Of a DNA stretch of 50,364 nt, positions 25,022 to 32,722 are shown piece after piece. The position numbers and the translations under genes were made by a program. The DNA comes from Methanobacteriota archaeon (GTDB lineage Archaea > Thermoplasmatota > Poseidoniia > MGIII > CG-Epi1), in contig JAAZXP010000004.1 of the NCBI GenBank assembly GCA_014240055.1, forward strand, positions 1 through 50,364. Reading direction: 5' to 3'. The notes under the pieces were generated by a model. The model had not been told where the DNA came from, searched no databases, and saw nothing but the letters and a program-made list of their open reading frames with translations. Each line of letters begins with the position of its first letter. The first letter of the stretch is position 1.

Positions 25022-25948
25022 TTATTCTAGTTGTATTTTAGAAGTGCCTTTGACTTCTACATCTTCATAAGTAATTGTAATTGTGATAAAACAATAGGAA
25101 TCGCAGATATCGAAATCATTTTCAAATATCGCAATATTTTCATTTATTTCCCATAAATCAGTTTTATCTCCTGATTCAATTATAGTACACTTTGCAGGAG
25201 AAACTAAGTTTGGATTTGAGAGTGCAGAAAATTCAGTATCTGTTAATGCGCCTATCATAAAAGACACATATCTAGGCTCATCATCATCGTTATAGTAACT
25301 AATAAATTTAACTTTGTAATATTTTCCATTCGCATTTATTACATATATTTTGTCTTCTATTTCAATACTGTGTGTAGTTATTTTGTAATCATACCAGTCT
25401 AGTCGTTCATCACTAGTTTCGGTAAAATCTTGATTTGGATAATTGGTTAATTCTTCAAATTCCATATCTTCTACAATAGTTCCTGTAATATTTTCAGACA
25501 GATAGATATCAGTTTTAGAGAATCGAATATCAAAATTCGTTTCATCGGTTTCAATAAGATTGTCTAAATTCACATGGGTGAATTCATCTTCAGAAGTGGC
25601 ATCTACAATTACAGTAAAGGTCATTCCATCAGAACTTAATTTAGGTGAAACTTTAGCCTTACCAATTTCTTTTGATGTAAAATTGCCCTTAGAACAATCC
25701 ATTTTCTCAGTTGCATTTTCAATACTAATTCTCAATTTTGACCATTCTAAACTCTCATCTGCTTTTGAAAAGGATAATCCAAAAAGAGAATTATTTCTTT
25801 CATTAGTAAGATTACTACTCGAGTCATTCGCAGTGAATACATTGGTAGTTCCTAAGTCCTCTTCGTATGCATTTATCATAAATGCCCAGATTCCGCCGAT
25901 TACCAATAATAAACTGACTATTCCAATTCCGATTTGTTTTAAATTCAT
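25022..25948 (-). CDS. N-terminally anchored extracytoplasmic protein, last gene of the ABC importer operon
   Basis: Single TM (IGIGIVSLLLVIGGIWAFMI) followed by an acidic, beta-rich region. Its ATG overlaps the permease stop (ATGA). Confidence 0.5.
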   Translation of the reverse strand: MNLKQIGIGIVSLLLVIGGIWAFMINAYEEDLGTTNVFTANDSSSNLTNERNNSLFGLSFSKADESLEWSKLRISIENATEKMDCSKGNFTSKEIGKAKVSPKLSSDGMTFTVIVDATSEDEFTHVNLDNLIETDETNFDIRFSKTDIYLSENITGTIVEDMEFEELTNYPNQDFTETSDERLDWYDYKITTHSIEIEDKIYVINANGKYYKVKFISYYNDDDEPRYVSFMIGALTDTEFSALSNPNLVSPAKCTIIESGDKTDLWEINENIAIFENDFDICDSYCFITITITYEDVEVKGTSKIQLE

Positions 25949-26820
25949 TTATTTTTCTTTCCTCTGAAAAAGTTTCCGAACAAATTTGGAGATTTAAAAG
26001 TTGCATCTTCTACGAAATAAGATCTAGCCTTAATTGAGGCTAAATCAATAATAATGACAACTCCAAACAAAATAATCAATAAGGCTATTACTTTATCGTA
26101 TTGTAAAAATTTAAGATATGTTGAAATATAGTATCCAATTCCTCCCGCCCCTACAATTCCTATAACTGAACCATGTCTTACATTATATTCAAACATAAAA
26201 AATAGTTGTGAGATGAGATTATTTGCAGTTTCAGGTATTACTACTCTTTGAATAATTTCACTATTCTTGAGCCCCATCGCTTTTGCAGCGTCAAGAGGAT
26301 CATTGGATAATCCTTCTATTGCTTCATACTGTAGTTTTCCTAAGTATCCAACAGTATAGAATGTCATTGCTAAAACCCCTGAAACTGGCCCTAGCCCTAC
26401 TAATATAACAAAGAAAATTGCCCAAATAATACTTGGTAATGTCCTCATTGCTGCTAACAATACTCTAAATGGAATTGCTATTGAATCTCTATAAAGATTT
26501 CTAGAAGCTAGAGTAGCAAGAGGTAAGCTTAGAATAAATCCAAACCCAGTTGCAACAAATGCAATCTTGAGAGTTTCCATTATTCCAATGTATGCTGGCG
26601 AGCATAGAAAATCCCAGTTTCTATCACAAACAGGATATGCTTGAGCTTCTATTACTTTCCAGTTAGGTGGCCATAATGATTCATAGAAAAATGTTGAAAG
26701 ATTATCTAGACTATTTTCAAGACTAGCCCAGTCTCCATCTACAAGATTAACAAAAACTAGCCATGTAGTAAAAAGTATAAAAGTTATGAATATTGGGTAT
26801 TTTTTCCTTGCAATATTCAT
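25945..26820 (-). CDS. phnE: ABC transporter permease, PhnE type
   Basis: EAIEGLSNDPLDAAKAMGL ... FEYNVRHGSVIGIVGAGGIGYYI is the PhnE signature region. Confidence 0.85.
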   Translation of the reverse strand: MNIARKKYPIFITFILFTTWLVFVNLVDGDWASLENSLDNLSTFFYESLWPPNWKVIEAQAYPVCDRNWDFLCSPAYIGIMETLKIAFVATGFGFILSLPLATLASRNLYRDSIAIPFRVLLAAMRTLPSIIWAIFFVILVGLGPVSGVLAMTFYTVGYLGKLQYEAIEGLSNDPLDAAKAMGLKNSEIIQRVVIPETANNLISQLFFMFEYNVRHGSVIGIVGAGGIGYYISTYLKFLQYDKVIALLIILFGVVIIIDLASIKARSYFVEDATFKSPNLFGNFFRGKKNK

Positions 26821-27500
26821 ATTTGCACCTCATTTAAAACAGAATATCCTTTTTCTTTATTCTGTTCTAATTTCAAGCAACGTTTTGCAAGCTTTGCTCT
26901 TTCAATATTATGTTCTACTATTATTAAAGTAGTATTTTCTCTTTCAACATAATCGAGCATAGTTTTCCAAACACTATCTACAGTTTTGTTATCTAGTTCA
27001 CTAAGGAATTCATCAGCTAAAATTAGTTTAGGTTCTTGAGCCATTGTTCTTGCTATGGCTACCCTTCTTTGCTGTCCTCCTGATAATCGTTTTATTGGTT
27101 CATCAATTTTATCAGATAGATTCATTAGGTCTATTGATTTTTCTACTTTAGTGAGAACACTATCGTCGTGAAAACCAGATATAGATCTTAGAATAGATTC
27201 ATTACATATGGCACCTTCTAGGACATTAAAGAAAACAGTTTCATGTTTTACTAAACCTAACTTTTGAGGAATATATCCAATTCTTCCTCTGTTTTGTTCA
27301 TTATCAAAAACTTTCAAACTTCCGCTTATTGGCTTTACTAAATTAGCAATATTTTTTAGAAGAGTAGTCTTACCTATTCCCGATTCTCCTATAATAGATA
27401 TGATTTCACCTTGTTTAACTTGAAGATTTTTTATTTTAGCTAAAATATTATCTGGTGAATACCCTATCTTCAAATTCGCCATTTCAATTACAGTATTCAT
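26817..27500 (-). CDS. phnC: ABC transporter ATP-binding protein, PhnC type
   Basis: Walker A GESGIGKTT, signature LSGGQQRRVAIAR, Walker B LILADE, H-loop VEHN. 4-nt overlap with phnE. Confidence 0.85.
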   Translation of the reverse strand: MNTVIEMANLKIGYSPDNILAKIKNLQVKQGEIISIIGESGIGKTTLLKNIANLVKPISGSLKVFDNEQNRGRIGYIPQKLGLVKHETVFFNVLEGAICNESILRSISGFHDDSVLTKVEKSIDLMNLSDKIDEPIKRLSGGQQRRVAIARTMAQEPKLILADEFLSELDNKTVDSVWKTMLDYVERENTTLIIVEHNIERAKLAKRCLKLEQNKEKGYSVLNEVQI

Positions 27501-27541
27501 ATAATTTTCACTTCGATATTTTATACTAGAAGTTCCTACCT

Positions 27542-28591
27542 TTAAGATTCAGGTTCAATAATTTCAAATTTAGTATTGAAATAGTTTGTAATTCCTGGAA
27601 TATCTTTAATTAAATCTCCATAAGAACCAAGATGGGTTGTAGAATCGGTTGCCGTTATACCTGTTGTTCCAAGTATGTTTTCTAATATTACGCTACCTTC
27701 TGTGGAATCATTCATACTAAGGAGTGCATCCTGAACTTTCTTTTGAATTTCAGTGTCGATATAGTTTGGATTATACATTACTGGATGGGAAGGTGCAGAT
27801 CCGTAGGAAGGTAATAAAATGTAATTCTCTTCTGCAAGGCACCACTCCTCATTATCTGCTGAGTTTTCATTTCCACAATAGCCAGCAACAGTCGAATCTT
27901 TAGCAAACGCTACATCGCCTATACCCTCTGATAGACACTTTACTGCACCTGAATAGCCGTAGTAAGGAGTTCCTGATTCAGGAATACTTGAATTATCGTT
28001 GAAAAAATTATAAACTGTGCTTCTCAAAGATTCTATATCAGTTTCATCGCCAACAATATCTGCATAGCCCTTTCCTATCAAAAACCCCATAGGCAATAAC
28101 ATTCCTGCCGACTTTAACCACCCTGTATGACAAGATGTTTTACCTTCTAACAGTGCAAATGGATCGGTAGAATCATCATCATCCAAATACGCTTCTGCCA
28201 TTTCAGAATCTTTCAATACGACTGCATGTGCATTATAGAAAGTACGGCCATCGCTTTTCTGATCGGCTGCAATTGCTTCAAGTCCATATTGTTTCCAACC
28301 AACCCATGCAGCAGCCCCGTCCATGAATGCAATATGTGCATTTCCAAACCTTAGTGCTTCAATTATTGCGCCTTCTGAGGTTATTGGATAAAGTTCCACA
28401 TCCATATCAAGTTCTTTAGCTAGATAATCGGCCATTACTTGCGGATTATCATCAGGATTATCATAATCTTCTTTTACTTCATATGCGATTATGAATTTTT
28501 CTTTTTGAGTCGTTTCATCTTCACTCAAACAACCTGTAAAGGTCGTCATTACGAACAACATAGCAAGACCCAATGACACACTTTTTTTCAT
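27542..28591 (-). CDS. Lipoprotein substrate-binding protein with transferrin-family signature (predicted Fe3+/anion binding), in the PhnD position
   Basis: Lipobox-like TTFTGC. Motifs FMDGAAAW, TFYNAHAVVLKDS, GKTSCHTGWLKSAGMLLPMGFL, YYGYSGAVKCLSEGIGDVAFAKDSTV and APSHPVM line up with the transferrin N-lobe blocks that carry the Asp/Tyr/Tyr/His iron ligands and the carbonate-binding Thr. Confidence 0.8.
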   Translation of the reverse strand: MKKSVSLGLAMLFVMTTFTGCLSEDETTQKEKFIIAYEVKEDYDNPDDNPQVMADYLAKELDMDVELYPITSEGAIIEALRFGNAHIAFMDGAAAWVGWKQYGLEAIAADQKSDGRTFYNAHAVVLKDSEMAEAYLDDDDSTDPFALLEGKTSCHTGWLKSAGMLLPMGFLIGKGYADIVGDETDIESLRSTVYNFFNDNSSIPESGTPYYGYSGAVKCLSEGIGDVAFAKDSTVAGYCGNENSADNEEWCLAEENYILLPSYGSAPSHPVMYNPNYIDTEIQKKVQDALLSMNDSTEGSVILENILGTTGITATDSTTHLGSYGDLIKDIPGITNYFNTKFEIIEPES

Positions 28592-28610
28592 TATTTTTCA
28601 CCGTTTGTAG

Positions 28611-28641
28611 TTTAGGCTGCCCTAAATTAGGTGAGCCTAAA
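28611..28641. promoter_or_regulatory. Two abutting DtxR/IdeR-box-like palindromes (TTTAGGCTGCCCTAAA and TTAGGTGAGCCTAA)
   Basis: Perfect 6-bp and 5-bp inverted arms around 4-bp spacers. They resemble the TTAGGTTAGCCTAA core of the DtxR consensus and lie between the SBP operon and the divergent dtxR-family gene. Confidence 0.6.
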
Positions 28642-28650
28642 AAATGCCAC

Positions 28651-28658
28651 TATATATA
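28651..28658 (-). promoter_or_regulatory. Candidate TATA box (TATATATA) for the minus-strand importer operon
   Basis: About 60 nt upstream of ATG 28591. A start about 27 nt downstream would fall on the box A/B palindromes. Confidence 0.35.
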
Positions 28659-28659
28659 G

Positions 28660-28675
28660 TTTAGGTTTCCCTAAA
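28660..28675. promoter_or_regulatory. Third DtxR-box-like palindrome (TTTAGGTTTCCCTAAA)
   Basis: Perfect 6-bp arms. Lies immediately upstream of the dtxR TATA element, which suggests autoregulation. Confidence 0.55.
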
Positions 28676-28676
28676 T

Positions 28677-28686
28677 TTTTTATAAT
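28677..28686 (+). promoter_or_regulatory. Candidate TATA box (TTTTTATAAT) about 25 nt upstream of ATG 28707
   Basis: The geometry implies a leaderless dtxR transcript. Confidence 0.4.
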
Positions 28687-28706
28687 GGCTCAGTTATTAT
28701 GATGTC

Positions 28707-29366
28707 ATGTCTAGTATGGATGCCTTATCTGAAAGTGCAGAAATGATGATAAAAAATATAAATGAATTAGCTTCTAATGGTAAAAGAGTTAGAACTTCGG
28801 ATTTATCATCAAAAACTGAGTTGAAACCAGCTAGTGTTACTGAAATGATTCAACGGCTTGGGGAAATTGGATTAGTGGATTACGAGCCATACCATGGTGT
28901 ATATCTTACAAAGCAAGGTCAACACGTAGCTGATGTAATAGATCATAGATTTAGTATTTTACAACGATTTTTGACTGAAATATTAGGGGTTGAAAAAGAA
29001 GAAGCAGCAGATGTTGCTTGTAGAATGGAACATATTTTGACAAGAGATGTGGAAAATCGTTTAAGTGATTTCTTAGGAGTAGAAAAGGGGAGTGAATCAG
29101 ACCTTTTCTGTCATAAGGTTAATGTAGACTCAGAAAGAAATCCAGAATTTATTCCCTTATCTAATTTTGATGAAGGCAAAACTGGTAAAGTTCGTATTGT
29201 ACTTGAAAAGAGTGAGTTAACTGATACTTTAGAAAAAGCAGGATTATCTCCGGGCCGTACAATCATGGTAAAGAAATCAAATAAAAATTCGTACGATATT
29301 GAGACAGAGAATGGTACATTGTCATTAGATAGTGATTTAGCATCGAAAATTATAGTTCAAAATTAG
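28707..29366 (+). CDS. DtxR/MntR/IdeR-family metal-dependent repressor with C-terminal FeoA (SH3-like) domain
   Basis: Winged-helix region LKPASVTEMIQRLGEIGLVDYEPYHGVYLTKQGQHVA, metal/dimerisation helix DHRFSILQRFLTEILGV ... CRMEHIL, and FeoA-like LSNFDEGKTGKVRIV. Confidence 0.85.
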   Translation: MSSMDALSESAEMMIKNINELASNGKRVRTSDLSSKTELKPASVTEMIQRLGEIGLVDYEPYHGVYLTKQGQHVADVIDHRFSILQRFLTEILGVEKEEAADVACRMEHILTRDVENRLSDFLGVEKGSESDLFCHKVNVDSERNPEFIPLSNFDEGKTGKVRIVLEKSELTDTLEKAGLSPGRTIMVKKSNKNSYDIETENGTLSLDSDLASKIIVQN

Positions 29367-29367
29367 T

Positions 29368-29724
29368 ATGTCATCGAAAGGAATTCTTTACGTCATATTA
29401 AGTGGCCCTGATCAAGTTAAAAGGGCCTTAGAAGGCCTTAGAATGGCTGAATATCAAGCAGGGGATGGAAACCATGGACTTGCTATAATGCTTCAAGGTG
29501 AAGGTGTAAAATGGTTACAGGAGGGTAACGAGGATTATCGAAAAGAAATTCAAGCCTCCATAGGTGTAATTCATGAATTAGGGGCTGCAGTTTTTGTTTG
29601 TGGAGCTTCGCTAAATGAATATGGTTTAACGGCGACTATGGGTGATTATAAATTTTTGAATTCTTCTGCTCCAAAGAGAATAAGCCAGATAATTGCCAAA
29701 GGATGGCAGTTGGCCATATTTTAG
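29368..29724 (+). CDS. DsrE/DsrF-like family protein
   Basis: Size and ILYVILSGP ... VFVCGASLNEYGL resemble the DsrE fold. Starts 2 nt after the dtxR stop. Confidence 0.45.
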   Translation: MSSKGILYVILSGPDQVKRALEGLRMAEYQAGDGNHGLAIMLQGEGVKWLQEGNEDYRKEIQASIGVIHELGAAVFVCGASLNEYGLTATMGDYKFLNSSAPKRISQIIAKGWQLAIF

Positions 29725-29808
29725 TAATAAAATATATATTGAGCCTTCTTCTTCAGTAAAATATAACAGTCAGAAACACATTTCAGTCTGTTTGGCAGGA
29801 AATAAAAA

Positions 29809-30123
29809 ATGAGTACAATAAAGGTAACAGATGCAGATTTTCAAGATACAATTGATAGTAATGATCTTGTGTTAATTGATTTTTGGGCGCCATGGTGTGG
29901 ACCATGCAAAGCTATAGCTCCAGTATTAGAGGAAATATCTGATGAAAATTCGAATATTGTAATAGCAAAAATGAATACTGATGAAAATCCTACAATTTCT
30001 TCTCAACACGGTATAATGTCTATTCCAACAATGATGATATTCAAAAACGGGCAATTAGTTGATAGATTAGTTGGTGCTTTACCTAAGCCAGCGATTTTAG
30101 AAAAAATAGAAGCTCATCTTTAA
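29809..30123 (+). CDS. trxA: Thioredoxin
   Basis: LIDFWAPWCGPCK active site, 104 aa, MSIPTMMIFKNGQ. Confidence 0.95.
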   Translation: MSTIKVTDADFQDTIDSNDLVLIDFWAPWCGPCKAIAPVLEEISDENSNIVIAKMNTDENPTISSQHGIMSIPTMMIFKNGQLVDRLVGALPKPAILEKIEAHL

Positions 30124-30133
30124 AATTAAAAAC

Positions 30134-30712
30134 TTAGTTATTGATAATTCTAACTTCGGCATCTTTCAATTCTTTTAGTATCTCTACACTATCAGTTTTT
30201 GAGACTTGGCATTTTAATGAATATACTTCATACATTTTGTGAAAACTACTTGCTATAATTGTCATGCCTTTATTTGTTTCTCTAAAGGTTACATTAAGTA
30301 ATTTTTTCATTGGTATTCCTCCAGTTCTAGGCTCACCTTCCATCATTAATCCCAGATCACCAGCTTCAAAACCTCCACCATCGATAACCAGATGGTCACC
30401 ATAAATCATAATCCAACGTCCATTTCGTTCAATATCTTTCCAAGCTGAAGATGCAGGCAGTGGAGGACCATTTTCGGAGATTCCTTCACTTGCTTCATTA
30501 GTCCAATTATCATCATTCCAAAGATTTACTTCATCCTTTCTTTTATTCTCATCTAAAAGCAATGTTACTGGAACCCAATCTTCTCCATCCCAAAATTTTG
30601 CTTCGTTAGTTAGTTCTCCACTTTTAACATCCGAAATGAGTTTTTCAATTGGAATTGGTCCATAGATTTCCTCGTTTACTTTTACAGGAAATTCTTCGCT
30701 TTCTTTATTCAT
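30134..30712 (-). CDS. GYF_2-domain (DUF4339-like) protein
   Basis: N-terminal EIYGPIPIEKLISDVKSGELTNEAKFWDGEDWVPV. The C-terminal half is unassigned. Confidence 0.45.
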   Translation of the reverse strand: MNKESEEFPVKVNEEIYGPIPIEKLISDVKSGELTNEAKFWDGEDWVPVTLLLDENKRKDEVNLWNDDNWTNEASEGISENGPPLPASSAWKDIERNGRWIMIYGDHLVIDGGGFEAGDLGLMMEGEPRTGGIPMKKLLNVTFRETNKGMTIIASSFHKMYEVYSLKCQVSKTDSVEILKELKDAEVRIINN

Positions 30713-32083
30713 TTATACCTCATATACATAGGCCTCATTTGAATCCAAATCGGGAATTTCTCCAAGTTTCCATCCAGGTGCAGTTGTTTCAGCATAATAA
30801 TAACTAACTTCATTATTTTGTTTTTCATTTAAGATGTAATTTACACCACTTGCACCTTCAATACTAACACCTACTGCAGCATGGCCATAACCGTCCCACG
30901 CTTCCGGAATTAAAATCATTGCAGTTTCATATCCTAATGATTCTAGCAATGAAATTAGAAGTGCTGAGGTATCCTCACAATCACCTGTTTGATCAATTAA
31001 TGTTTCTATAGGATATCTAGGATATTCACCAACTCCAGAAGTTACATTATCTTCAGAATATTTTAATGACTGAGTGAAACTCATAACAAAATTGACTTCG
31101 GTTAAATTATCAAATCCTTTTTCCTTGGACATTTCCCTTAATTCTATTCCTATTTCAATAATAGCTAATTCGTCTATTGTTACAAAAGAGAGATAGTCTT
31201 CATATTCGCTAATTAGGTGTGGTTGAGATTTATAAAATGAATATGTAGTTGGATCAAAATTATAACGGATTTGGTAATCAATATTGTTAAATTTCCAATC
31301 ATATGTTTTTAGATATCCAAAATTATATGTTTCAATTCCAATAAAAATACGGGCATCATTATTTTCATTCAAATTGTCAAGTGTTCCGTCTAGAGTCCCA
31401 TTATTGCCATTTTCCCATGAGTTAGTGCTTAGATTATAATTAATTATTTTTCGGTAACTATCATTTGAATCACTGATGTCAAATTCTTCTGCGCTTCGGA
31501 ATTTATAATTAACTGCAATAAGAGAAAAGGTGTGTAATTCTATATTATCAGGAATATTCATTTCAAATTTGCTGTTTAGATAAAACTTTTCTTGCCATGG
31601 AACTTTCCATGGTTTATTATCATTATCAAAGCGATGTATACTTTCATTATTCTGATATAGATAAAAAATAACTGGTGTGTCGGCTCTATTATTTTGTTTG
31701 TCTATTAATTCAATCCATTCTAAATTAAAATTTAAGGCCAAATCATTGAGTGGATTAATATCTTCTGTATCATTGTATCCATCATTATCGTCATCTGGGT
31801 CTGCATTATTTCCAATTCCATCTAAATCATTGTCTTCTTGTTCAGCGGCATTATTTGGAAAAAAATCCACAGTATCATTGTAACCGTCATTATCATCATC
31901 TGGGTCTGCATTATCTCCAATTCCATCCTTATCATAATCATCCCATTCAGTACCGTCATTGGGGAATGCATCGTTTTTGTTAGAGACGCCGTCTAAATCC
32001 TTATCATTTATATATTGATTAATTCCAGATCCAATAAGAATTCCGACAATAATTAAAGTAAATATTTTAGCTTTAGATTCCAT
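30713..32083 (-). CDS. Secreted protein with thrombospondin-type-3-like Ca repeats and a C-terminal transglutaminase-like cysteine-protease fold
   Basis: N-terminal TM or signal. DKDGIGDNADPDDDNDGYND occurs twice. C-terminal QTGDCEDTSALLISLLESLGY ... GHAAVGV (Cys/His core). Confidence 0.65.
   Translation of the reverse strand: MESKAKIFTLIIVGILIGSGINQYINDKDLDGVSNKNDAFPNDGTEWDDYDKDGIGDNADPDDDNDGYNDTVDFFPNNAAEQEDNDLDGIGNNADPDDDNDGYNDTEDINPLNDLALNFNLEWIELIDKQNNRADTPVIFYLYQNNESIHRFDNDNKPWKVPWQEKFYLNSKFEMNIPDNIELHTFSLIAVNYKFRSAEEFDISDSNDSYRKIINYNLSTNSWENGNNGTLDGTLDNLNENNDARIFIGIETYNFGYLKTYDWKFNNIDYQIRYNFDPTTYSFYKSQPHLISEYEDYLSFVTIDELAIIEIGIELREMSKEKGFDNLTEVNFVMSFTQSLKYSEDNVTSGVGEYPRYPIETLIDQTGDCEDTSALLISLLESLGYETAMILIPEAWDGYGHAAVGVSIEGASGVNYILNEKQNNEVSYYYAETTAPGWKLGEIPDLDSNEAYVYEV
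31767..31927 (-). repeat. Two 56-nt imperfect direct repeats (31767-31822 and 31872-31927; 4 mismatches) encoding the duplicated Ca-binding repeat
   Basis: Direct comparison of the two nucleotide segments. Confidence 0.8.
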
Positions 32084-32722
32084 TCAAATTCCCAATAATT
32101 CGGATAATTCATGCATGGTCTTAAAAGGTATTGCACCAGCCTTTTCTAATTGTTCGGCAGAGCATAATTTAACCAGACCATACACTTTGATATTGGCATT
32201 AGTTGCAGCCGTTACTCCCGGTATACTATCTTCAATCACTACACAATCTTTAGGCTTGAATCCCATTTTCTTTGCAGCATACAAAAATAAATCTGGTGCC
32301 GGTTTTGGTTTTTTTACTTCTGATGCAGTAAAAACATTTTCATTGAAGTAGCCATTTAATCCCGTTAACGTCAATGAACCTTTAACATGTCTTGGTTCTC
32401 CATTAGAAGCTACACAGATAGGAATACTGATACTATCCAGTAATTCTTTTATTCCTTCCATAGGCTGTAAATCAGTTTCATAGGCTCTACTCACTTTCTT
32501 TACTAATCTAGGTAACCAGTCAGTCGGAATATCTTTTCCTGACATTTCTTTCATCCCATAAATTACAGCATCAAGAGTTTTCCCACCAAATTTCTGTTGA
32601 GCTTCACTAAGAGTCATGGTTATTCCTAATTCTCCAGCCATCTTGGCAACGACACGATTTGTAATATTCTCACTATCAACTAAAGTTCCATCACAATCAA
32701 AGAGTATGCATTTTGTATTCAT
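32084..32722 (-). CDS. HAD-superfamily hydrolase (beta-phosphoglucomutase-like subfamily IA)
   Basis: ILFDCDGTLVDSE motif I, VASNG motif II, IEDSIPGV motif III/IV. Confidence 0.8.
   Translation of the reverse strand: MNTKCILFDCDGTLVDSENITNRVVAKMAGELGITMTLSEAQQKFGGKTLDAVIYGMKEMSGKDIPTDWLPRLVKKVSRAYETDLQPMEGIKELLDSISIPICVASNGEPRHVKGSLTLTGLNGYFNENVFTASEVKKPKPAPDLFLYAAKKMGFKPKDCVVIEDSIPGVTAATNANIKVYGLVKLCSAEQLEKAGAIPFKTMHELSELLGI

Noticed and set aside
25945-28591. Straightforward call of a phosphonate uptake operon phnCDE
   Set aside because: The ATPase and permease are PhnC/PhnE-like. However, the binding protein carries the transferrin Fe-ligand blocks, the promoter carries DtxR-type boxes, and no C-P lyase or phosphonatase genes are nearby. 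I therefore do not endorse phosphonate as the substrate. This remains unproven either way.
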